From NCBI GenBank assembly GCA_963836235.1, contig CAWIIP010000002.1, positions 1,152,001 through 1,216,000 of the forward strand: DNA of 64,000 nt, given 5' to 3'. How positions within the stretch are numbered: the first letter of the stretch is position 1; each line of letters opens with the position of its first letter. Source of the stretch: an uncultured Pseudomonadota bacterium (GTDB taxonomy: Bacteria; Oederibacteriota; Muellerivitia; Muellerivitales; Muellerivitaceae). Shown here piece by piece: positions 50,680 through 58,277 of this stretch. A model generated the notes under the pieces. That model saw nothing but the letters and a program-made list of their open reading frames with translations. It ran no database searches and was not told the origin of the DNA. The translations under genes and the position numbers were made by a program.

Positions 50680-50831
50680 ATGTTCCAATCCATGAACCAT
50701 TCTCCATCCATCCTTAGACCCGCGCCACAAGGATAAGCCCTCTAAAACCCAAGCAGGCCCTTCACCTTATCGGTGGCCGATTTGGCCTGGTCGGCCGTGT
50801 TGACCGCGCTTTGATAATTTTTCACTCCGGC
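50680..50831 (-). pseudogene. Diverged copy of the ParB-like gene 3' end and its downstream flank
   Basis: Matches 53569-53718; encodes AGVKNYQSAVNTADQAKSATDKVKGLLGF* versus AGVKGYQSAVNTADQAKSATDRVKSLLGF*. Confidence 0.85.
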
Positions 50832-51198
50832 TCCCCGCCGGGAACAGGCTAAGACCGGAACTGAAGGTAAAAGTTCGGGTCAAGGGGAAAAACCGGGGAG
50901 TGGGATGGGGAATTCCAAGGCAGATAAGGCAAATAGTAAAATTAATTTGACGAAATCAGCCGGTTTTTTTCAGGCCTAATTTATGTTCGATTTTTCGGAC
51001 GCGCTCTTCGAGAGTTGCATTATCAGACATGGAACGCTTTAAAATGGAGTTCATGAGAGTTTGGTAAGGGATTCCCTGTCTTTTGCCTTCCTCGATAAGC
51101 CAATGGTAAACCGACTCATCCAACCGGAAGGTTTTCTGGATCTTGGAACCTTTGGAAGCTAAGAGAGGGCCCTTATGGACCTTCGCTTTAGAAAAATC

Positions 51199-52685
51199 GT
51201 AACTGTTCAGGCCCCTTGCAGAGCAAAAGGAGATATGGCAACATCGTAGAGGATGAACGACACCCCTTCAATACCAACCAACTGTCCGAATTGTGAGCGT
51301 TTGCAGGCTAGGGTGGAAACTCTGGAATCCGAAGTCCAAGAGTTAAAAGCCTTGGTACGGGAGTTGACGGCCCGCTTACAGCAAAACTCTTCCAATTCGT
51401 CCAAACCACCCTCTTGCGATAGTCCTTTTCAAAAATCCCAACAATCGAAGCCCAAGAGTGACCGAAAACCAGGTGGCCAACCGGGACACATGGGATGCAC
51501 CCGAAAGCCGTTTCCCAAGGAAATGGTGACAGATGTACAGATTCACTTGCCCCTGAAATGCGGGGAATGCGGCCATGAACTGGCCAAACGGGCTGGGAAG
51601 AGAGACCCCGAACCTCAAGTGCATCAAGTGGTGGAAATCCCACCGTTCAAGCCGGAGGTGATCGAACACCAAGTCCAGGGCCGGTGTTGTTCTTCCTGCG
51701 GGAAGGTAACCTGGGGAATGCTGCCGGAGGACGTTCGGGGAAGTTTCGGACCTCGGTTAACGGGGTTGATCGCCTTCTTCAGTGGCCGGTGCCAAATGAG
51801 TAAACGGGTGGTTCAGGAGGTTTTGGAAGGGTTGTTAGGAGTGCGGATGGCCCTGGGAAGCTTGAGCGCCAAGGAACGAGAAGTCAGTGAAGCCCTGAGA
51901 GAATCCTGGGTGGAAGCAAAAGAAGCGGTACGGCAGTCGGCGGTGAAGAATGCGGATGAGACGGGATGGTACCTGAGCGGGAAATTGAAATGGCTCTGGG
52001 TTGGCACAACGCCGCGGGTGGCGGTTTTTGAGGTTCAGGAGCACCGGAACCAGGAAGCGATGAAGGAATTGCTGGGTGAGAAGGCGAAAGGGATAGTTGG
52101 GAGCGACCGGTTCGGAGCCTACACACCGATCCCCTTGGAGCAAAGGCAGTTGTGCTGGGCCCATTTCAAGAGGGACTTACAGGGATTGATCGAGTCGGGG
52201 GAAGAGAAAGGCCAAAGGATCGGGAAAGGCTGTCTTCGGACACTGAAGGCGGTGTTTGAGGCGTGGGGGAAATACGAGGATGAGAAGGTGGGCCGAAAGG
52301 GCTTGCGACGAAGACTAGAACCACTAAAGACACGATTAGCCCGATGGTTAAAGCGGGGCCGGGAAGGTCCGGCGGACAGTACCAGCCGCCTTTGTGGGCG
52401 GGTTCTAAAACTCTATGAAGCTTACTGGACCTTCATGAGGGTGGAAGGGGTTGAACCGACGAACAACCTGGCGGAGCGGGACCTTCGGACGGCTGTTTTA
52501 TGGCGCAAGCGCAGCTATGGAAATCGGAGCCGGGAAGGGTGCCGGTTCACGGAACGCGTACTGACGGCAGTACAGACGCTTCGAAAGCAAAAGCGGAATG
52601 TGTTGGATTATCTGGCTGAGGCGGTGCTGGCCCACCGGGCAGGAAGATTGGCGCCCTCGTTAGTGTCCTTGGCCTGAACAGATAC
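51199..52685 (+). mobile_element. IS66-family insertion sequence, single-ORF type, 1487 bp
   Basis: TIRs GTAACTGTTCAGGCC / GGCCTGAACAGATAC; 8-bp TSD GAAAAATC at 51191-51198 and 52686-52693. Confidence 0.93.
51253..52677 (+). CDS. IS66-family transposase
   Basis: NSSNSSKPPS, GGQPGH, zinc finger, ADETGW, SDRF, QLCWAH, TNNLAERDLR. Confidence 0.93.
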   Translation: MNDTPSIPTNCPNCERLQARVETLESEVQELKALVRELTARLQQNSSNSSKPPSCDSPFQKSQQSKPKSDRKPGGQPGHMGCTRKPFPKEMVTDVQIHLPLKCGECGHELAKRAGKRDPEPQVHQVVEIPPFKPEVIEHQVQGRCCSSCGKVTWGMLPEDVRGSFGPRLTGLIAFFSGRCQMSKRVVQEVLEGLLGVRMALGSLSAKEREVSEALRESWVEAKEAVRQSAVKNADETGWYLSGKLKWLWVGTTPRVAVFEVQEHRNQEAMKELLGEKAKGIVGSDRFGAYTPIPLEQRQLCWAHFKRDLQGLIESGEEKGQRIGKGCLRTLKAVFEAWGKYEDEKVGRKGLRRRLEPLKTRLARWLKRGREGPADSTSRLCGRVLKLYEAYWTFMRVEGVEPTNNLAERDLRTAVLWRKRSYGNRSREGCRFTERVLTAVQTLRKQKRNVLDYLAEAVLAHRAGRLAPSLVSLA

Positions 52686-52743
52686 GAAAAATCATATTCT
52701 TTTTTCATAGTTTTCCCGTTCCTTTCGCGTGGCTTTTCTGGCC

Positions 52744-53043
52744 TTAGCGTATTTCCGAAATCAATTCTGGATGGGATTTAAGAATGCGGATCAGTTTTGA
52801 CGCGGAACCACTGGGCCGTCGAATGCCCTGTTCCCAATGTTCAACGGCATTAGCACTTGCGCCCACAACTCCCGCAAACCCGGCTTGGGTCAAATGCAAA
52901 GCTTTACGAACGCCTTTCACTTCATCAGCGGTAGCCGGTTTTGGCCGGTAGCTTTCCCGCATCCCGTGAAGTTTCTTGCCTTTTTTGATCTCGATGGATT
53001 GCTTGAGGCTCTTCCGCATCAGCTTGAAGTCTTTATCGTTCAT
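52744..53043 (-). CDS. HigA-like XRE HTH antitoxin
   Basis: VRKALHLTQAGFAGVVG...VEHWEQGIRRPSG. Confidence 0.85.
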   Translation of the reverse strand: MNDKDFKLMRKSLKQSIEIKKGKKLHGMRESYRPKPATADEVKGVRKALHLTQAGFAGVVGASANAVEHWEQGIRRPSGSASKLIRILKSHPELISEIR

Positions 53044-53460
53044 TTCTTACCTCCTGTTTTCCCTTTGCCCAAAGCCTGCCGCAAATCTTGGACTAGGATC
53101 TTTTCTTGTCCGGCTGTTAGATCCGGAGCCTTTCGCTTATCGATGATGAAAAAGAGGTAAATGTCATCAGGCTCATCGAAAAAGTACCAAACCCGGTAAC
53201 CACCGCTATTCCCCTGTGGCGAACCCACCAGGTGAGCCACACGACTTGGGTGTGCCCGATCAAAATTTTAAAAAGATCGGGTGCCCTTCGGGCCTCTTGG
53301 TTGAGGCAACGCGCAACTTATGAATGCCACCCCCTAAAAGCTTCCCGCCAGCGGGGTTGTTGTTGATGGCTTCTTCAATCGCGACTTGTAAACCATCCTC
53401 ACGAATGGCGTCGATCAGTTTTGAATAGATAGGCGACTGGATAAAATGGTGTCGTTCCAT
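53040..53460 (-). pseudogene. HigB/RelE-family toxin frameshifted by a 73-bp insertion
   Basis: Deleting 53211-53283 joins GGIHKLRVASTKRPEG to NSGGYRVWYFF...DKRKAPDLT in frame; operator palindrome TCCTACA-T-TGTAGGA at 53480-53494. Confidence 0.8.
53211..53283. repeat. ~70-bp structured mini-element, copy 1 (copy 2 at 55342-55409)
   Basis: CCCCTGTGGCGAACCCACCAGGTGAGCCACACGACTTGGGTGTGC versus CCCCTGTGCTGAACCCACCGGGTGAAGCACATGCCTTGGGTGTGC, each followed by a different hairpin. Confidence 0.8.
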
Positions 53461-53628
53461 TACCCATCCTTTTAATATATCCTACATTGTAGGACTTTTT
53501 GGAAAACAGTCAAGATTCACTTAAACCGGCTGATAAAGGTTGTCCACGACGGAGCCCCGACGCAGACAATGTTCCAATCCATCAACCATTTTCCATCCAT
53601 CCTTAGGCCCGCGCCACAAGGATAACCC

Positions 53629-55299
53629 CTAAAACCCCAGCAGGCTCTTCACCCTATCAGTAGCCGATTTCGCCTGGTCGGCCGTGTTGACCGCGCTTTG
53701 ATAACCCTTCACTCCGGCACCTATTTGGGCTAACACGTCTCCCCCTTTTGCGGGGGTGGGGTTACCCGAAGAGTTGGGCGCTTGCTTGGTCTGTACCGAG
53801 CCCGTTTGTGTGGCTCCGGTTCCTCCGCCACTCTGGCTCGGCACAACCAAGGCTTGTCCCCCGGCTTGAGGGCCGGGGGACAGGTGACCCGAAACAACCT
53901 GGCTTGCCGGGGCTGAGTTGGAAACAATCCTCCCTATTCCCCCTTGGCCTTGAAAGGTCGGGCGGGTGGCGGATGGGCTCAACCAGGAGTATAAGATCCC
54001 AGTCCAAAATCTATTCATCAACCGGCCCGTGAGATTGATGAGGGTGCTTCCCACGAACAGAAAAAGAACAAGGGTGAGCAATGTCGCCAAAGTGGGGTTC
54101 TTGATGCCCAACCCCGCGAAGAGGCCCCGGGCCCGGTGGAAAAGCCGGGTCAACCCGGGTAAAAGCCGGTTCATCAATGGGGAAGGTATATGAAGCTTCT
54201 TCCCCAATTCGTGGCCCGCGATAGTGGTTGCGACCTGGGAATGGAGGTCCGGCTTCGCCGAGTTAGAAGTGAGGAGTTGGGAGTTAGGAGTTGAACCGGC
54301 TTTAGCCCCTTTACCACCGCCCGTCTCCCCAACCGCCTTCACAGGAGAAACACCCCTCACCCTACCCTCTCCCGCAAGGGGCGAGGGGTTTACCACCGAG
54401 CCCCCTTTTGTGGCTCCGGTACCTACGCCACTCTGGCTCGGCGCAACCACCCGTTGTCCGCTATCGCGGCCAAGGGCGATAGAACCCATCGAAGCTTGTC
54501 CCCCGACTTGAGGGTCCGGGGACAGGTGGGCTTGTCCAAAGGCTTCCGGGGGGTTGCCGGCCGAAACCCACTTCACCAGCGCCTTCACCTGGGGGCCACT
54601 CATTTCACGGGACAGGATGACCGGTAGGGTCTTCTCCACCAGGGCCTGAGCCTCCTGGAGGGTCCGCTTATTCCAGAGGCTGGCCAGCGGAAACGCGACT
54701 TTCTCTAAAAGACCCCATTTTTCCTCATTTTTCGATGGGCCTTTTTTCAGGGGTTTTTCAACATTCCGGAACGGTTCCGGATTGCCATTATTCCCCTTAT
54801 TTTTAGATGGGTCTTCCAGCAAACTTTCCCGGATCAAACTCCGGGAGGCGGGGTTAAGAACCGCTAGCAGGCTTCGCGCCCGCCGAACCCAGGTGCTATC
54901 CACTCCCTCAAGGGCCCCAATCGCCTCATCGGTCAGCCTCGAACCCGGCGCGAAATAATTTTCCCAACTCTCGTACTCTTCCAGCCAATTCAGGGCCTCA
55001 CTCCGGTTGGACGTACGGGCCAGCCGTTTGGCCTCTTCCAGGCTGACGTGGAAAATCTCGGCTTCAATCAGGGGTATCCCCAGCTGCCGGTAAACCGTCA
55101 AGCGCCTCTGGCCCGCGATGACGGACTTTCCATCCCCTCCCCAAACCCAAATCCGGGGGATGGTGCCCCCCGCCTCCACGTGGGCTTTCAGGGCGGCCAA
55201 ACCCGGCACGGACATGGTCTTGCGGGGGTTCCAATCGGGCACCTCCAACCCATCCGTAGGCAAAAAGCGGATATTGGCAGGCTTGGGTTCTTGATCCAT
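53629..55299 (-). CDS. ParB/Spo0J-like protein with low-complexity linker and C-terminal TM segment
   Basis: NPRK, IAGQRRL (GxRR), HTH LTDEAIGALEGVDSTWVRRARSLL, hydrophobic TLATLLTLVLFLFVGSTLI; RBS AAGGGAG before ATG 55299. Confidence 0.75.
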   Translation of the reverse strand: MDQEPKPANIRFLPTDGLEVPDWNPRKTMSVPGLAALKAHVEAGGTIPRIWVWGGDGKSVIAGQRRLTVYRQLGIPLIEAEIFHVSLEEAKRLARTSNRSEALNWLEEYESWENYFAPGSRLTDEAIGALEGVDSTWVRRARSLLAVLNPASRSLIRESLLEDPSKNKGNNGNPEPFRNVEKPLKKGPSKNEEKWGLLEKVAFPLASLWNKRTLQEAQALVEKTLPVILSREMSGPQVKALVKWVSAGNPPEAFGQAHLSPDPQVGGQASMGSIALGRDSGQRVVAPSQSGVGTGATKGGSVVNPSPLAGEGRVRGVSPVKAVGETGGGKGAKAGSTPNSQLLTSNSAKPDLHSQVATTIAGHELGKKLHIPSPLMNRLLPGLTRLFHRARGLFAGLGIKNPTLATLLTLVLFLFVGSTLINLTGRLMNRFWTGILYSWLSPSATRPTFQGQGGIGRIVSNSAPASQVVSGHLSPGPQAGGQALVVPSQSGGGTGATQTGSVQTKQAPNSSGNPTPAKGGDVLAQIGAGVKGYQSAVNTADQAKSATDRVKSLLGF

Positions 55300-55603
55300 A
55301 GAGTTCTCCCTTAAATAATTTAAATTGCGGTCATTGCGAGGCCCCTGTGCTGAACCCACCGGGTGAAGCACATGCCTTGGGTGTGCTGATGCCCAAACAG
55401 GCATCAGCTCTAGGCCATGCGAATAGCAGGGCGTTTACGCCGCGGCAACCTCGGGTTAGAACGGCATATGGGAGAAAACTACCGAATTCTTTTTTGGATT
55501 TCCAGCGTTCTTTTGAAAAAAGGGGTTTGGGGGGAGGGAAAAGGGCCGGAAGTGGACAGTCTTTGGGCAGGTTTTAACCTAGTTTTAGGACTTAAATTAC
55601 AAA

Positions 55604-56383
55604 CTACAGGTCAAAGCCTTTTTTGCGCCTCAATTCGGCTAAACCTTCCAAGGTTTTTTGGGAACCAGGATAATTTCCCACTCTGACTACAGGGATCGAT
55701 AGCACCCCATTGGATTTGAGTCGCAAGCGCAAATAAGGTTCAGGAATTTGATGGCTTTGAACTCCAACATTAAACCGATAACCCCCTGCCGCAAAAGAAG
55801 CCAAGTTTGTTCCCCCTGGCCCTTTCCCCCTACCAGGGAGATGAACAAATTCGCTAAATATGTCTTTCGGATCAACTCGCAGAATAAATATCGGATAAAT
55901 ATTGTCGTCAAGTTGTAGAACATCCTTATAAACATTTTTCATTCTTTCAAAATGCTTCTCTCCAAGGAGTCCAGTTCCCTCATCCGTCTTGGCCATATAC
56001 CCTCTCATCACAACGCCAAGAACAAATTTTTGAAGTTTCTTAAAATTTACCCCTTCTAAAACAAAACATTTTCGATAAGTCCATTCAGTATCCGGAATCA
56101 ACGTCTCTTTCGCATCCGCTACATTGGGAATGGTTGACTTAGGATTTTTAAAGCCAAAAACCTTACTTGCGTAACGATCATCATCAGAAAAAGTTTCTTC
56201 ACAATCTCGACAGATGAAAGATTTTTTTGTTCCACTTTGGACTGGTTTTGCTTCCTCCTTACGTAAATCGACACTTGCGTATTTACCTTGTTTCCCATAG
56301 GTGAGTTTGAAGAGCCATTCTGGAACCACATGGCTATTGGGGTGAAATTTTTCAACGACTTTTTCGCAAAATGGACATTTCAT
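55604..56383 (-). CDS. Hypothetical protein with HNH-like zinc-binding N-terminus
   Basis: MKCPFC...NSHVVPEW...ICRDCEETFS. Confidence 0.55.
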   Translation of the reverse strand: MKCPFCEKVVEKFHPNSHVVPEWLFKLTYGKQGKYASVDLRKEEAKPVQSGTKKSFICRDCEETFSDDDRYASKVFGFKNPKSTIPNVADAKETLIPDTEWTYRKCFVLEGVNFKKLQKFVLGVVMRGYMAKTDEGTGLLGEKHFERMKNVYKDVLQLDDNIYPIFILRVDPKDIFSEFVHLPGRGKGPGGTNLASFAAGGYRFNVGVQSHQIPEPYLRLRLKSNGVLSIPVVRVGNYPGSQKTLEGLAELRRKKGFDL

Positions 56384-56387
56384 CGTT

Positions 56388-56789
56388 TTAAGCTTTGGTA
56401 TCGTCGAAGGGCATGGCAACTACCTGAAATTCGTCCTCATAAACAATATACCCAACTCTTTTTTCCCGAATCATTCGAACTGTTATTCCATGATTCTTTA
56501 AAAGCTCGGCCAATTCTCTCATTTTCGAAATGTGCTCTTTAGCACTGTCTTTGAACCAACTAAGTGCTTTTTCCTTGGCATTTGGATTTCTAGAACGAGT
56601 GAATTTGGTAGGTGTTTTTAAGTTTTTTCCAAACCATTGGGTCAGAGCAGTAAATTGTCCTTGTTCTATATAACTTAATTTTTGATCGTCACTCAATTTA
56701 TAACCGGTAGCAAACAATCCTTGAAGACGATTAGAGTCTTCCACCTTTTCATTAACGACAAATCTCAAGTACATATAACCAACCTTCAT
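56388..56789 (-). CDS. Conserved hypothetical protein
   Basis: 133 aa ORF (YLRFV...WF..NL..P...ALSWFK...GYIVYEDEFQVVA). Confidence 0.65.
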   Translation of the reverse strand: MKVGYMYLRFVVNEKVEDSNRLQGLFATGYKLSDDQKLSYIEQGQFTALTQWFGKNLKTPTKFTRSRNPNAKEKALSWFKDSAKEHISKMRELAELLKNHGITVRMIREKRVGYIVYEDEFQVVAMPFDDTKA

Positions 56790-57558
56790 TTCACCCTGAG
56801 TTAAAAATGTACACGCCTGTCCACTTTGTTCTCGGTGTCTTCAATAATCTAATGGGAAAGACTTAGAACGAATGGAACTTATTTTCAATGAATGCCAGTA
56901 ACGCGGACATAATTTTATAAACAATTCCTGCCGTAACAAAAGCAAGATATCCACCAAGTTTTGATGCGTAACTTGTTTTGAATAATTTTAATGAGTTGGC
57001 CGCTTTCATAACTAGAAACATACACTTTTGATTTCAAAAGCCAAGTGAGTATTTTTTAAAAATATAATATTTTAGTCTTATTCACAAACCATCCACAAAA
57101 TAATTTCACTTGTTCACAATCGAAGTATTAAAAACAATTATTATTTGTATAACTTCCTGATGAAAGGCACTAAAGCGGCACAGTTTAACGTTGGTGTTTA
57201 AAACATTGCGGTGAAAATCGCTGGCATTGTGCGATGCCATAGCAAAGTTGGTGGGTAGTTATTATCTAAGTGGATAGCAAGGCACTAACTAACGAGTTAT
57301 TCAACGGCCTTTATTCTTCTTCATATTGCTTGGAGTAGCTTCGGGCGGTCTAAAAAATACTTCTAATCTTAAATAACCAGCTGTCGAGCCATTTCAGAAA
57401 TGATTCCATTGCCTCACCGGAAATGAAGTTGAATTCATATTTCCTATGATCATTATGAATATTAATTTGTTTGGCATGAACAGATTGAAAGAATAAAGGG
57501 TCAGGCTGGGGTTCCCTTTCTTGTGCTCCAAATGGTTTCCCTTAGTTTAATGCCCTAT

Positions 57559-58251
57559 TCAAAACCTGACGCTCTCGTTTCTGGAAGCTCCCCGATTGGC
57601 CGGACCGTCGGTTAGGTCCTTCCCCTTTTCTTGGCCTGCCGCTGACGCAGATCCCGGCGGGTGCGCAAGGAATAAAGGGGTTTTCCAGCGCCGCTCGACC
57701 GTCGAGATGAGCAACGGGTAAATGATCGCGTGCCGGGCGGGCCAAATGGCCGCCATGTACAGGCGGGTCAAGACGCCCCGTGACTTGATATACACGGCCA
57801 GCTCGGACGCGGAACCCGGCGCGCAGCTGACGTGCATCAGCGCGTGCACGGTGTCGTTCGAGAGTTCCCACAGGGCCTCCTGGTCGAACCGGTACACCGG
57901 TCTTACCTTCGCGGCGGGTAACGGCGACGGCTCGTCGGGCCCGAAGCGGTTGCTCGCCCGGTCTGAGGCGTTGAGGCGCTCGGCGACGAAGCGTTCGGCG
58001 CACCCGGGAATGGGTTTGCTGTCCGGCGTTGAGTCCCATCCCATCGCCCGGCCGATCGCGACCCGCATCCGGAATAGGGGCGTACGCTCGACCGAGCGAA
58101 GCGCCTGCCAGAAGACCTCGAGGAAGGCGTCGAAGCCGCGGACCTGATCAAGCCGCACCTCGAAGCGCCATACGTCGATCAGCTCGAAATCCGCGGCAAG
58201 GCTGTGCACGCGCCACGGGTGGGCGAAGTGCGCCTGCTGGTTGAGCTTCAT
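57559..58251 (-). CDS. DUF2867-like protein, high-GC
   Basis: PWRVHSLAADFELIDVW, ELSNDTVHALMH, AVYIKSRG..YMAAIWPARH.IIYP; AAGGAG RBS; the C-terminus reads through a duplicated segment. Confidence 0.7.
   Translation of the reverse strand: MKLNQQAHFAHPWRVHSLAADFELIDVWRFEVRLDQVRGFDAFLEVFWQALRSVERTPLFRMRVAIGRAMGWDSTPDSKPIPGCAERFVAERLNASDRASNRFGPDEPSPLPAAKVRPVYRFDQEALWELSNDTVHALMHVSCAPGSASELAVYIKSRGVLTRLYMAAIWPARHAIIYPLLISTVERRWKTPLFLAHPPGSASAAGQEKGKDLTDGPANRGASRNESVRF
57585..57667. repeat. 83-bp diverged direct repeat of 59541-59623
   Basis: Copy of the 3' end and downstream flank of the gene at 59568-60140. Confidence 0.85.
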
Positions 58252-58277
58252 GCGCGGCTCCTTGACGGCCAATCATT

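Larger units (their letters stand above)
50956..52708 (-). pseudogene. BrnA-family antitoxin interrupted by the IS66-family element
   Basis: Removing the IS and one TSD restores MKKEYDFSKAK...TFRLDESVYHW...GIPYQTLMNSILKR...*. Confidence 0.85.
40093..53568. repeat. Array of 14 directly repeated 28-bp palindromic sites delimiting gene cassettes
   Basis: Consensus TGTCCACGACG-GGTCCC-CGTCGTGGACA starting at 40093, 41140, 41903, 42843, 43352, 44597, 45258, 47187, 47851, 48585, 49157, 50170, 50653 and 53541; all intergenic and same orientation; I saw no full copy elsewhere in the window. Confidence 0.95.

Noticed and set aside
53211-53283. ZMP/ZTP riboswitch, or twister, pistol or HDV-like ribozyme
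   Set aside because: Only fragmentary resemblance; the required conserved cores could not be placed by eye.
40093-53568. CRISPR array interpretation of the 28-bp palindromic repeats
   Set aside because: The intervals are about 0.45-2.9 kb, irregular and contain whole genes; no cas genes are in the window.
40093-53568. Classical integron attC sites or XerCD dif/pdif sites
   Set aside because: The sites are too short for attC and lack consistent RYYYAAC/GTTRRRY ends. The arms do not resemble the AT-rich E. coli-type XerC/XerD consensus, though a lineage-specific Xer site cannot be excluded.
40093-53568. Simple intrinsic terminators or mini-transposons
   Set aside because: No consistent U-tract, several copies have broken stems without compensation, and there are no flanking target-site duplications.
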